64,000 nt of DNA from NCBI GenBank assembly GCA_030704615.1, contig CM060733.1:60822001-60886000 (forward strand), read 5' to 3'. The stretch is from Takakia lepidozioides (taxonomy: Eukaryota; Plantae; Bryophyta). Numbering within the stretch: the first letter of the stretch is position 1; every line of letters begins with the position of its first letter. Made by a program: the position numbers and the translations under genes. The notes beneath the pieces are model-generated. The model did not search any database. It was not told the DNA's origin and saw nothing but the letters and a program-made list of their open reading frames with translations. This document shows, in pieces, positions 25,401 to 38,476 of this stretch.

Positions 25401-26643
25401 GATTTGTTTCAGAGTTGGCCCCAAAGATTTTGCTATGAGCACTAATAAGCAGGAAAATAAATCAAGGTGTCACCTTTTCGAGATAAATATCTACTTCCCA
25501 GTAAGTTTTAATTAGGATTGCATGGTCCCCGAGTGAGTCTCTAAATGAAAACCTCTGAAGACCTTCAAAGTTAACACTAGGATTATATGTTCTTAAACTA
25601 ACAAACATCATTTTTTTCATCTACTAGAGACACTGCAATCGGTAAGTTCGTATTGGAGAAAAACCCCTCCTCGAGGATTCCCCGGACATACTAAACTATG
25701 ATCAATAGGATGTGAGCTTTTCAATTTGTCGGCTGAAAGTTTTCGAGGTGTTGAGCATTTGCTTGTTGAATCGCAGGTGCTGGTGCTCATGTGGCGCAGT
25801 TGGTACAACATAATCCGCACACCTGAGCTATTTTTGTCCAGAGAGATAGTGATTCTGGTCATTAGCTTCATGCTCGCAACTCTATTTTTGAAGGCTAAAC
25901 ACACACTGCAAGGTGTCTACAACCTTCTCAACTTTTTCATCTTTGCCCTCACCCTTTTCTTCTTCTCATCAAACGACGCAGTCCCTGCCTTTATCCAAGA
26001 ACGCTACATTTTCATCCGCGAGACGTCGCACAATGCCTATCGTGCGTCGTCCTATGTGGTGGCGGGACTAATCGTCCACCTCCCATTCCTGGCCGTGCAA
26101 GCTCTTACCTTTGTCGTGATGACCTGGTGGGTACTCGGCTTGCATGGAGGTGTGACCGGATTTTTAATCTTCTGGGTGGTTCTATATGCCTCTCTCATCA
26201 CCACAAATTCATTTGTCGTGCTTGTGAGCGCTGTAGTACCTAACTACATCACGGGCTACTCCATGGTAATCGCGCTTACATCACTATTCTTCTTATTTTG
26301 TGGGTTTTTTCTTAAGAGAGGGAAGATTCCCAATTACTGGATTTGGTTACACTATATTTCCGCAATGAAGTACCCTTTTGAGGCTGTTCTAACTAACCAG
26401 TTTGACAACGACATTTGTTATAACTCCGGCCCTATATTACCCCAGCCAGGGCCATTGGGAGACATTCCAACGTTTGGGACTACTCCGAATTGTAGCCTAA
26501 CAGGTCATACAGTGCTTCAAGCCATGAATATGCCCGAATTCACAATATGGGAGAACATTGGCATACTACTCCTATGGGGTGTGTTTTATCGTATACTCTT
26601 TTATGTTGTTTTGCGCTTCTATTCAAAGAACGAGAGGAAGTGA
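22449..26643 (+). CDS. STR: ABCG half-size transporter, STUNTED ARBUSCULE type; exons 22449-22721, 23295-23633, 24122-24390, 24688-25336, 25777-26643 (798 aa)
   Basis: Walker [10 protein letters not shown], signature [23 protein letters not shown] and H-loop TIHQP. STR-typical segments [47 protein letters not shown] and C-terminal [10 protein letters not shown]. All GT-AG junctions are phase-compatible. Confidence 0.92.
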
Positions 26644-27958
26644 GAAGGAGGAGCACAGTGGAAAGCGCTTCCTATTCTGTTTCCGAGAAGAATTTCAGGG
26701 TAGTCAAATGCACCAGCTGCAAGGTTGTTAACGTCAATTGATACTGCGGGGAGATCAGGCGCATGCATGAGAACTGTTAAGCCCACTGCTACTTTAGATC
26801 ATGCGGTCTGGTATTGACAGCTGACCACAGCATTAACTGCGCTCAAATCAGACTACCGAGGCGAGATTCAATTGTCCCTGCTGCGGGCCATGTGATCTCA
26901 AATTACATGAGTCCGTGGTATTGCGTGGGCATTCGTCATCAGCATATCACTTGTTAAATGTGAACAATATGTCTAACATAGTGTGTGGAACTAGACTACT
27001 AGGATGTCCATCCGGCTCCAAGCTGTAGGCTGATACAAAGATTCTTTATAAAAACAGATTCATATAATGCTTATTTCACTGATTAGGGGAAAGTTATAAT
27101 GACAGGCTCATGCCCTTACATTGATCCCTCAAATGGATGGGCTTCAGAAGGAGTTTGAACAGTCAAGCAGTTGTGGGTACTTATTAGGCTTCCACATTGG
27201 CTTGACACCAGAAATTCTTGATGGAGTAATGCAATTTTGATATGAGCCAGTCATTCATGAATGAGGTCTCATTGTCTTTAATCCTATTGAAATTTGAATT
27301 AAAAAATACAACATAAATAGCTAGCACAAAAGATATCTGGAAAAATATGTTAACTAATAAATTTATCCTTAAAGCCACGCCCAGTTTGGTTCCCAGTTTG
27401 GACCTCTAGCTACTGTTTCATCCCCAGTTTAAGTGCAAACGTAAAGTTGGGCAAAATTGGGCACGAGTTTGTCAAACTGGGCATGATTTGATATCCTAAA
27501 GTATAAGAAAAAGCAGGGAGATTTTTGTTGTTGCTCGCAGGTCACTCGGCGTCACGGGGGCGTGCAGCTCGGCAAAACCCAAACTGTGTATGAAACTAGT
27601 TTCATCCCGTGTTTTCTTTCTTTGTATGAGTTTCGTCCCCACTTTTGGCCAAACTCGGGGTACTTGTCCCCAGTTTTTGGCACTTTACGACTTAGTCTGT
27701 ACCAGGATCTTTAGAAGCCATTGTCTCTCCCAGTTCAATGTGTGTGTGTCAGTGGATTGTTAGTGGTTGCTTCTTGGAGCTTAGAGTTTAGGGTTAGCTT
27801 CAGAGCATGTGAGCTGTGTACCAAGCCTTTGGAACCAAAGAGTGTATGTGACTTGTCTTATGTAATACAATACTGTTGGCCTCCAAGCACTATGTACTTG
27901 GAGTTTTTGTGTATGACTGTGTGCTTTGTTTAATCTATGCATCGCTGGTAGAATACAA

Positions 27959-28033
27959 CACCAAGTTGTAGCCCAGTGGTAGTGGGCACATACCACCTCG
28001 GAAGTGGTTGTGGGTTCAATCCACCGATTGGTG
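27959..28033 (+). other. tRNA-derived sequence (SINE head or tRNA pseudogene)
   Basis: A-box-like TAGCCCAGTGGT, B-box-like GGTTCAATCC and terminal pairing CACCAA/TTGGTG; the anticodon arm is irregular. Confidence 0.5.
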
Positions 28034-28143
28034 TCACAAAGGTGTCCACCTTCCTGCTGGAAGGCAGTAGCCCTTTGGGGTCAAGAGACACCATAAATTA
28101 CGCTTCCTTAGCTTTCTCATGTTAGATTAAATTAAAGGATTAA

Positions 28144-28958
28144 CCCCTAATGGACGACGCGACCCGTTTCGGGTTGCGTCCGAAATCATAAAGCGATTTG
28201 CCACGATGGCAAATCGTTGGATGACCTCGGATGAAAAAAAATATATCAATGAAAGTTGTGCGCCGTGACGTCATGCACCTGCCTATCTTTATGGCACCCT
28301 AAAATAATAAAAGCACTGCTGTCGGTAATTTTTTTTAGTGTGCAAGGGTACCCAATTCAAGGCCCTCCAGCAGCTTTGACCTACCGACGTGGTAGGATAT
28401 GGGTGGCATGTACCATGAAAATTCATTTTGCATGTAGATAGGTTAGAATGCTTCCAAAAAAAATTTGGTAGTGAGTTTCCACGCAAGGAACGATATGACC
28501 CGAGGAATTCACCTTGTCGTGAAAATATGGACACATTTGAGGCATATTTGGGATCAATTGTAATGGATTGTCTTTTTGACCCACCTATTTTCCCATACAA
28601 AGAATCCCTCATGTGGTTTTGGAATTTGGTTCTGAAATTTTGCCCCAAGGTGCTGTACATGCCAAGCAATTAGAATCTGGGTATGTTGTATCAATGAAAA
28701 TTTATTTTGTCAGGCCAATTGCTTGGTCAAACCATTTTTTCACTCCAAAACTAGAGCACATTAAACATTTACAGCTTGCATTTTCGTTATAATCTTCGTT
28801 ATGACACGGTGAAATCAACTGAAATTTTTATAGTAGGTTCCTAAAGTAGGTATGATTACTTTCATACGGTTCATCTCCCTGGATGTTTGTCAAATGTCAG
28901 ATATGCCCTCAAACATGAGGGCATTGGGCCCACCAAAAACGGGCTCGTCCTTTAGGGG
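28144..28958. mobile_element. non-autonomous TIR element with TTAA target duplication (piggyBac-like MITE)
   Basis: TTAA|CCCCTAATGGACGA ... TCGTCCTTTAGGGG|TTAA: 13/14 TIR match, CCC..GGG termini, TTAA on both sides. Confidence 0.78.
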
Positions 28959-28980
28959 TTAAAGGATTAAAGGATTTTAC

Positions 28981-31220
28981 TGTAGCTTCATAACATCAAC
29001 GAGAACACATACACAATAGTACCCATACTGATTACCAAAACACAAGCGGAAGTATGCAAACGACAGCTTGTACATTAATAGTAAGATTGGGTACAACAGC
29101 TACAGAGCTCATTAACGCATAACAAGCACGGCCCTTCTTGCCTGGAGCAAGACCTGTAACATACAAGCTGGAGGAAAAAGAAAAAGCTAGATTCGTAAGG
29201 AGCTAGTTACAACTGTGCTACAGAAACTTTGTGCTATCATTTGCATGGAAGATTCCATACTACACAGCTAATCACTTGTCCGGTTCATGATGCACTTGCC
29301 ACCTGGGTGTTTCCCGCTCTCTACAGTCAATGTCAATGCGTCAGTGGTGAAATACTACCTAAACTCCCACTCGCAGAGACATTGGTTCATTCAGCTAGTT
29401 TGTAGTGGTCATACCAAGTAGTCCTCGAAGCGTCTCAAACTTATCTTGCGGTAGAGCTTTGGTGAGTATATCGGCTACCTGATCGTTAGTACTGATATAG
29501 GAAAGAGAAATCTCCCCGTTTTCATGCGCCTCACAAATGATGTGATACTTGACGTCGATGTGATTGGTTCAACGGTGGAGTTCTGGATTTTTTACCAGTT
29601 TGATGGCCGCTTGATTATTACTATACAGTGTGGTTCCTGCTGGGGGTATCCAAGATTAGCAAGCAATCTCCTCATCCAAATAATTTCATGTGTTGTCAAG
29701 TGCGCTGCAACGTACTCTGATTCAGTCCTACTCTCGTCAGTGCACCCCTGCTTACGAGACCCCCACGAGACTGGTCCCCCTTTGAGCATGAACACAAATC
29801 CGGATCGTGATTTTCTGTCATCAAGATCCATGGCAAAGTTTGCGTCACAATATGCATGCAACACGTGGTTCATATTGCTCCCATTGTATGTGATCCTCAT
29901 CGAGGCTGTTCCCCACAAATATTTCATGATGCGCCTCAAAGCTGAGACATGGGGTGTCCGAGGGCTAAACGTGAACTTTCTTGCATGTGCGACGGAGTAC
30001 GAGATGTCGGCTCGTGTCCCAAGTTGAGCGAACTGCAAGATCCCGACAATGGACTTGTATGGAAATTCTCTTGAATCCTCCACACTTCCATCTCCCATGT
30101 GCATGGATAGGTTGGAGACGCTGTAAATGGATTAGCCGGTACAGCTGCCGAGGTGCAATTGTTGTAACCATACTTCCTCAGTTTCGACCAGATGTACTTG
30201 GACTGATCAATGTGAATTAAATGCTCTTCTCTCATTCGCACGATGTGCAGCCCAACATAAACCTCCGGATACCCTGTTGCAATATGGAATGTCTTTCCTA
30301 TGGAAGAAATGATGTGCTCAATCTGTTCTTTCGGGTGAATGTAGGGTTGAATGGACCAAAATGGACGTTACCGGCACAGTTTTAGATGACTGCAATTGAT
30401 GGTGTCATCAATTGAATTTTAATTAACTCATGAAAACCATCAAATATATATGTCATTGGATTCCTAGCTTTAATACGCACCATAACAACTCTCCAATCAT
30501 GAATCCGATAAGAAATGACTCTGCTATGGACTTTTGAACACCATCATTGTGGACTGTTATCGTTGTGAATGGAATTACAATGGACTCAAGTTCTCATATG
30601 TGCCATTGGTGAATTCCATTGAAATTTGGACTTCAGGTGGCCATTTTGGTCCACATCATAGGTATGGATTTGAAGTGGCAAAATCATTTGTCATTTGACT
30701 CATATGGACTAATATATGTAAAAACAATAGGTGTTTTTTGAAAAGTCCATAGCTCATCTTGTTTTTTGGATTTTGGGTGTCATTTTTTTTCTAGAAGTAT
30801 AAAAACCTATAATCTTCAATGGCTAGGTGGCATATTGAATTTATTTCGTAAACTCTAATTTTTAGTTTTTCATAATTTCTCTAAATAATAGACTAAAATA
30901 TTTAATGAATTATATCTTTAATATTTGGGGTGGAACTCTTTACTAAATATGTTCAGTATACGATTATCTATCACTAAAAATATATTTTGGATAGTATAAT
31001 CAACTTTTTGTTTTTTGGTTATGGACTTTCATGGAGGAGGATCTGCCGTTTTTGGTCCACTCAACCCTGCAACTGCCCTTTCTTAACATTGCACGCCATG
31101 CCATCATCTATAAAGATGGTAATAATCATACGCACGGAAGAGAGGTGCTTAATACACGCCACCATTAGCAACTAATGCCACCTGATTGTACTCTGTGAAG
31201 AATGCAGCGTAGCTACGATG
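28981..31220 (-). mobile_element. Ty1/copia remnant: RT and RNase H pseudogene, PPT and 3' LTR (28981-29363)
   Basis: FIDDG, IDQSKY, PYKSIVGIL..TRADISYSV, AYCDANFA.DLDDRKSRSG, VSWGSRKQ, ESEYVAA, QVADILTKAL. PPT GAGTGGGAG at 29364-29372. LTR termini TGTAG...CTAAA (one mismatch). Confidence 0.88.
30342..31069. mobile_element. hAT-like MITE inserted in copia RT sequence
   Basis: TIRs TAGGGTTGAATGGACCAAAA / TTTTGGTCCACTCAACCCTG, repeated TGGAC subterminal motifs, AT-rich interior; no TSD. Confidence 0.72.
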
Positions 31221-31959
31221 TGAGCCCAGCCCCGTGAGCCTGGGAGCTGAGCTCACGTTGTAGCTGCAAAGCGTGAGCTGAGCTCACGCTTCAGGGAAGC
31301 GTGAGCGGCACAAATCTGCTGGAGAAGCAGGTCCTATAGGCGAGGATAGGTCTCTGGTCAACAGACTCACGATAACACAACCCAAAATACACAATTGAGG
31401 AAGACTCACAATCACTAAGTACAAAAAAGACCATAGCAGTTCCATCGCTAGATACGGAATCTGCAATGTTTACACGCCCTCATGTGCATATGCTCCGGCG
31501 ATTTTTGCTATCATCTTGCCCATGGTTTCCGTTGCGGACTGAAGAGGTGAAGTGACTGATGGATGCTTCCAGCACACCATGAATACTATAAAATTTAAGA
31601 ACACCATAAAGCAATGTTTACTAAGGACATGTTTAGGCAGGCTTCAAATCAGTTCACTCATTGGAAAGAGCCCCTTCATTCGCCATTCATAGGGACCCGA
31701 CCAAGTGCCCCAAACGCATGACATGTACAATTTAATCGCCAAGAACAGGTCTTCCAGCACAAAAAGATGACGAAAATAGTGGAAGCATATGCACGATGGG
31801 GGCTGTAGGGCTCTAGGGCTGCCACTCCTCTCCGAACCTTCAAGATCACGAAAACACAAAGATCACAACACTGTGGAAGGCAACGCCTCCCACGCGCACT
31901 TGCCGCAGTTTCGGACAAAAAAGAGAGAGATGCTGATGGCAATCCGCAAATGAGCGGTG

Positions 31960-32301
31960 GCATGGCGCCCTAGATTGGAGGGCCAGGATGGGGTCTCGGA
32001 CGGACGGCCCCGATCTGGCGCCGGCAGCGGACCGGATGGCTGTCCGCTGGCGTATGGCAGAGCAGATTGGCAGAGCAGACCGCAGCAGAGCAGACCTCCC
32101 CGGCAGACTTGCCGCAGCGGACCGGCCGTCCGACGGATTTCGGGCGGTCCAGCCGCGGCTGGTGCAGCCGCCGCGGCACGGGCGGGCGTGGGAGACCGCG
32201 CACAGCTGCGGGCCGGGGGGGGCGCCCCTCGCCCGGGCGCCCGGCCGTGCTGTCCGTTTGCACGCTTGCATTCAACTCGTTATTATTATAAAATGAGAGG
32301 C
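31960..32301. mobile_element. solo GC-rich MULE terminal repeat related to the 37921-45379 element
   Basis: Ends TATTATAAAATGAGAGGC, compared with TATTGTAAAATGAGAGGC at 45362-45379. Similar GC-rich interior; no partner TIR seen. Confidence 0.7.
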
Positions 32302-33314
32302 TCAACACACTATGCGTGTGTTTGTCAGAAGCATGAAAATCGTGTATCAATCTTCTCAAATGTTTTCTGTCTTTTTGGCAGATTTTCTATGTCAGTGTAT
32401 AAGCTCCGGACTGCAAGTCACCCGTAGGATTTCAATGGGTTGCTTCTCAAAAGATGCAGAAAGCTTCGGTACAGATGACATCTTCTTTTAATGCTCATAC
32501 ACTCCAAATCTATTCTAGTTCTTCTTGTTCTTGTTCTTGGAACCTAATCGAACGGCATTTGAACCAGGATTGAGCTCAAACGGTTTCTGAGCATCACCTT
32601 AATGGGCCCAAGCAACAATGTGTGTGAAATTGAAATTGGGCTTCATTTTACTGGGCAGGCTCACTCCCCTTCTCCTCACCCTCACCTTCGCTTCCCTACT
32701 ACAAGCTCCCACAATCCATCTACTAGCGTCAGCTGCCGTGCAAATAGCGGATGAGCAGCATCTCCTTAAGGTGCAATAAATACATGGACATGTCCTTTTA
32801 AGAGCCTTTTACTGCATACTCGAGCTGCACATTATATAATCTGGACCAAGCAGACACAGCCTGCGCTATAGAGGTATTGGAATCTGAACACCTCGTGGAA
32901 AAAACTGGGTTGTGCTTTGTTATACAACCATCAACTCAGATCGTCCCCACACAACGGCTATAAAGCGGCCGGCCCATTACTGATCTCACATGGTGTCCAT
33001 ACCATCGAATTACGTAATCTTAACATGGAAAACAAGTCTGAGCCAGCGAAACCTATCATGTGATGTAATCTTCATATCGTACCTCAGCATGAAATGGGCA
33101 TGTACCTACAGGTCAATTATCTTCATGAAATTTCTACTCATATGTGAAGGAAAGGAGTCTACGCGCGATTGGTTCACATACATTGAGCCAGGCCATCCGG
33201 TCTGTCCCTTGTCAGTGACGTGACCACGAGTGAATCTACGGACCTGGCTAGAAGGACCAGAAGCTGATGAATTTAAAATCTGCACTATGTCGAGCTTGGT
33301 GGAAAGTCGAATCA

Positions 33315-34466
33315 TCACTGGCCGGGAGCAAAGGCTTCTATAGGGAAGGTCTTGGTGATGCCAGCAAAGCTCTTGAAGTGGATCTTTCCGGTGAAGTGCT
33401 CGTCGATGGAGATGTCACCAACGGGTGCCCAGAGGATGAGTTCCTTAGCCTTTACACCCGAGAGCTTCTTGATGCGGTTATTTTCGAGGAATCCAGTGAT
33501 CTCGGTGCCATAGCTCACCAACTTCCCAGCAATCTTGAAGTTATGCTCCACCTACAACACAGGTGTACATATAACTTGAGGCTCAATTGCAACCTGTCTA
33601 CAACATACTAGTCTCGAGAGAGATACCGAAATTTGGCGGGGTTTTGAGCTGAAAACTGGGCACGGTTCTAATCATCCGGGCACTCGTAACAAGGTCAACT
33701 GGTCCCGAGTCATTGAACCAATGTGATCAATCACCAGGGAGTTTGAGTGATCGTTCTGCAACTCGGCCACGAAACTCTGGACATGGGTTAGCGTTTATAT
33801 TGATGAATTTGGACCTTTGGAAGGCTTTCCAGAAAGGTGGTGAGTATGACATGATCTCGAGAAATGAGAGGCAGACCTATCTGAAAGGACGTAAATATAT
33901 AAAATTGTCGTGAACAAGGAATTTCTCACCTGGAGTGGGACCCCAAATCAAGGATTCGGCACATTCTCTATACATAACCGAGGTCGACTCCAGACAAAAA
34001 CCCGGCTGAACCTTCCCGGGCGAGCTGAGTTGAGGCCTTCACACGTCCACCAGTTTCCGAAGCTCACTATAGAAGAGAGGTCTCTCTTCAACCGGACCCC
34101 CGAGCTTTACTACGTGAAATTCAAATTGCGAGTGCTATGAACAACAAACATGAACCTTGAAAAACCGAAAGGTGTCCAGTCTGTGGTTTGTGCATACCCA
34201 GAGGGTGCTTGTGGAGTTCTCACCCCATTTTCAGGCTTGACAGAGTCCGACTTAGTCAATGTCAATAAAGGGGATTTTACCTTCTTCTTTTGGGTGATAA
34301 ATATGTAGCCAGTGCTCCTCACGAACCCCGTCTCGATGACATCCTCGAGGGGCAACAGTCCAGCAGGCAGGTGAAACTCCTCCAAGAGCGCTACCGCATT
34401 CTTCAGGCCCTCCTCATGCCCGGTCCAGATGGTGGCATCCTTTTTTAGCCCTTCCTTGCCCGCCAT
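33315..34466 (-). CDS. DUF538 family protein, exons 34466-34281 and 33551-33315 (140 aa)
   Basis: LLEEFHLPAGLLPLEDVIETGFVRSTGYIFITQKKK|VEHNFKIAGKLVSYGTEITGFLENNRIKKLSGVKAKEL..I.F..FAGITKTFP; phase-0 GT-AG intron. Confidence 0.92.
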
Positions 34467-34697
34467 GGTTGAAGTCCGAAAAAAATTCTTCCAATCACTT
34501 AGATTCCCAGGTGGGTGTGAATATCCCCCAAGAAAACTGGCCAGCTCCAAGACAGACCGACAGTGAGCGAAACTGGTCGAGACTCTGTGTAGTCCAGTGC
34601 AATGTGTGTGTGTGAGGATGCGGACCAGCTTTTGTAGTGCGAGGAAGGCGAGTCCACCAAGGTACGCCATGGCTGCTACCGAACCCACTTCTTACAA

Positions 34698-34772
34698 ATA
34701 TTACGTCAATACGTAATATTACGTAGTAAAACATGGTAATTACGTATTACCACGTGTAAGGTTACGTAATAT
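34698..34772. promoter_or_regulatory. cluster of six ACGT-core elements upstream of DUF538
   Basis: TTACGTCA, TACGTA x4 and CACGTG within 75 bp, ~230-305 bp upstream of the ATG; function inferred. Confidence 0.45.
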
Positions 34773-37700
34773 TCTTTTCTGCAAGATTCCCAAATCATCT
34801 CAATTTGTAAATAAGTAAACTACTCACAAATCGGAAACCAAAATATGATACATTCTCTCCGGGGCGGAAGAGAAAACATGTGGAGGGGCCAATAATCAAT
34901 TGATTGAAGAAGACTAGCCATCAAATTTGGGGGCATCACAATATGAATATGAGTATGTGTTGTAATCATTGCCCCGGGGAAATAACTTCGTGGAAGAATA
35001 ATATTGGTGCCTTGCAAATTGCCACATGTATGTTTTTCTGCATCCGTTTCATATAAGTCAACAACTATAATTTTGTTTTTGGTAATTTCAGTTTGTGATG
35101 TTTGGCAGTGAAAAGAACAACGCCTTTAACCCTTAATTGCACAGCAGACCCAAAACGGGCTTCTAGGCCTATTTAAATGTAAATTGGTTTTTCAGATCTG
35201 CTTCAGTTTGTATCAAATCCATGCCTAGAATGGCCCTGTTGTGGACTGCCAGAATTGGGCAATTGATTGCCCTAACTTAATTTCGAGTTAAACTAAAGTT
35301 GTCTCATCCCCCAAGCAAGGGTGTCACGTGTTAATGAAGGTAATTCTCTCTTTTTCATGCTAAGATTTGTTCACGCGTGTGTCATTGTGAGGGGATTTGC
35401 CCAGTATTGACCTTGAAGTGGGCAGCAGCACCACAAGGGTTGGCCAAATTGGAATTGTTTTTGCTTGTTGGATGAGGGATCCCCAGGGGGATGAAGCCTT
35501 ACTAATCTCGCCTCAATCCAAGATCGAATTACTCAGATCTTTAATAAGACTACCAAAAAATGATATGTTTTCCCAATGGCCCCACATTCAAGGGTGATGT
35601 TTTCGGGATTTGGGGCTGATTGCCCTGGAAATTGGCATGTGGGTGCAAGAGTAAGCACAAAATGTGCGGTCAAGTTCTTAAAAAAGTTAATTTTCTAAAA
35701 ATTATGCCATTTTTTCACTATAGGGGTCCCCCCCCACCCCCCCCCTTTTTTCTTAAAGAAAGTGGGGACCGAGGCCCAAAATCAATTAGGAAAAAATAAC
35801 CCATGCGAAAACAAGCCATAAAGCACCCCCCATATATCACCTCTGAAATTTGTGTAGCCTTGCCGTAATGAGACTATGACAACCGGCGGGCCAAGTGCGC
35901 ACCAAAACTCACCATATTATTATCAAAAGATAATTTAGAACTCACCATAAGCTTATAATAATAATGGTGGTAGAAAGTACAACGGGGTGGTGTAGGGTGC
36001 AAAACTTGCTTGGGTGCTCTACCACATTTCATGCCATGGTTGAAAGTTCAAGAACTTTATTTTTACCTCCTTGGGAATTAGCACAGTCAAGCTTAATCAA
36101 ATTTGAGTTGCTACTTTACAAAAAATACGGTGACTAGTGACTACCTTCACTCCAGGCTACACAAAGTCCAGAGCCTGAGATGTAGGGATTCTCTGCCGAA
36201 ATGGGATATATCCATATTGTTTGCATACAGGTAATCTATTTGAGCTGCTTGTGTAATGCAATGACATGTTAGATTAGTGTCTATGATATTCATGCCATCG
36301 ACAGTCGGTATAAAAGTATGGAACACAGGATAGGCCTAGCAATAGCTGTCAAACACAGGTCTGATTCTCCCAATCTCATGGAAACTCATGTAAAATGGAA
36401 ATCTCACCTAAATGATGCAACAACCTCTAGAATGTTTTTATTTTTATGTATTTTTTTGTAAAGGGAAACTATAGAATGAGGCTTGTTTCAGACAGTACAT
36501 ATTTTGCCCAACTACACTATAAACTATAACCACACTGGGATTGCGCGGCGATTATATAAATAATCTTCCTCTTAGTCACATTTTTGGTTGTCTCATTTTC
36601 ATAACCGATCCAACTGCATTGAAAGGTGGGTTTCCATGTTGGCCCTCTTGGCAGATGAAAGTGGTTGGGGAGGGTTTCAGTCCCCACCAACTCACCCACT
36701 ATTAATTGTGTGCTACTGGTCAACCCCCACCAGGAGACTTATGGGCACCAGTTATCTTGAAATCACCGGAACGTGTAGGTCGTTCCGGGAGATGCCACCC
36801 GCTATAGTAGGTCACCACAGCAATATGGGGCTGTAGTAGTAACGAGTAACCGCGTCAACATCCCGGTGATAGCCAGTATTTCCAAGTAAGTGGGTGCCGG
36901 CCACGCTTGGGTAGATGGCCTTCACCCACTACAGTTTTCTGGCAGTGGCCCTTGATTCCAAGTCGATTGAGGGTGTGTGGGTGGAGATGGACACGCACCA
37001 TTCTTCAACCAAACTGGTCAAAGTAGGATTCAATTGTTGATTACTGCCCTTGCTTCGGCCTGCAGTGGAGGTTGATGAGTGCGTCAAGAAATCTAAAGTA
37101 AGATGCATCTTACTGCTCCCTGTGATCTAAGTTCTAGACTGTCATCTTATACTTGGGACCTCGTTTCCAGGTCGCTTCCTTTCTGATTAATGCCATGCCG
37201 ACCTTTCCAGCAACCCACTGCAGTGTACGTAGAGTTAATAAGCAGAATGTACTATAGACAAGAGGTGCAGTCCATGAGTGAAGAATTGCTAAGGACAGTA
37301 CAGTCTAACCTCTTTAATATGACTCTCCATAATGTGACAACCTCGATTATGTGACAAATTTTGTGTTCAACAAACTTAGTTCAAATCTCCCCCTATTATA
37401 TGACTATGACTCTCTTTATTATGACACGCCAAGACCCCTACTTTGTCATATATTAAGGAGGTTTATACTATTTTAATGATGGTGGGACCCACCAACCTTT
37501 GGGCCTTGGGGAAATTGGGAACATACATAAGGAGCATGAGAACAAAAGTTTTGGGCGTTCTCTTGTCCCTTTGCCGTTTTCACGTGGAGGGTTTTAGGGT
37601 TTTTTTGTCTTCATGATTTTGACCTCAATGTGGATCCAAGTGACATAGATGAGCAGCCACCACATGTCACACCATGCGGAGATGTTGTCTCATTTCATAC

Positions 37701-38476
37701 TTGATAACCCTCAAACTCTTAATGTTGCCAATGTTATACACTGGAAACTCAACAAAATGACTCTTGCCAACCTTAGTAGGCAACAACAAACAACCTTGGA
37801 CACTTTTCTTTCTTAGACATAGAAGTTTAGCTTGTCAATTTAGTGATATTTAAATATTATTCAATAATGCGACATTTTGGTCTCATTTGTCATATAATCG
37901 ATTATGTGACACCTCCATATGCCTCTCATTTTACAATAATTGGGACATTATGGCGCACGCGCGAGCTGACCGGTGGGCCCCGTGCACGGACGCTCGGCTC
38001 CCCCCGCCAGTCCGCTGCCCGTGAGTCCAGTTCCCCTCCGTCCGCCAAACCGCCAGTTTGCTGTGCACGCCAGTCCGCTGTGCCAGTCCCCGCAAATCCA
38101 CCCAACAGTCTGCTGTGCCCGTCTGTTGCCCCCGGTCTGCCAGTCCGCTCCGGCCGAAGGATCTGGATCGTCCATTCTGAGAAACCCATCCGCGCCATCC
38201 ATGCCGGTCCACTGTGCCATTCCCGGCCAGTCCGCCGCCCATGAGTCTGCTTTCCTCCAGTCCACTGATGATGCTGCATCTGGACCGTCCGTTCGTAAAT
38301 GCCATCTGAGCCCTCCATTTTTAGGGCATGAATTCAAACCTTATCCCTGCCGCCTGCCACTTGCCAGCAGCCGCGAACGTGCGCACTGATGCTCATTGCA
38401 CGTTGTCCATCGTGTCCAGTGTATTGCGGCGCGTTTCTTGCAGGTTCTGAAGCGTGTCCTCTGTACTGTATAGGGC

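Noticed and set aside
27373-27720. CCCAGTTT/AAACTGGG repeat cluster suggesting a MITE
   Set aside because: Termini and TSD not convincing.
31846-32427. Overlapping GC-rich ORFs (also 37843-38389 and 44933-45360)
   Set aside because: They arise from stop-poor GC-rich TIR sequence and show no protein motifs.
36743-36898. Imperfect inverted repeat, possible hairpin RNA
   Set aside because: Pairing is short and gapped; there is no support for a miRNA or a defined MITE.
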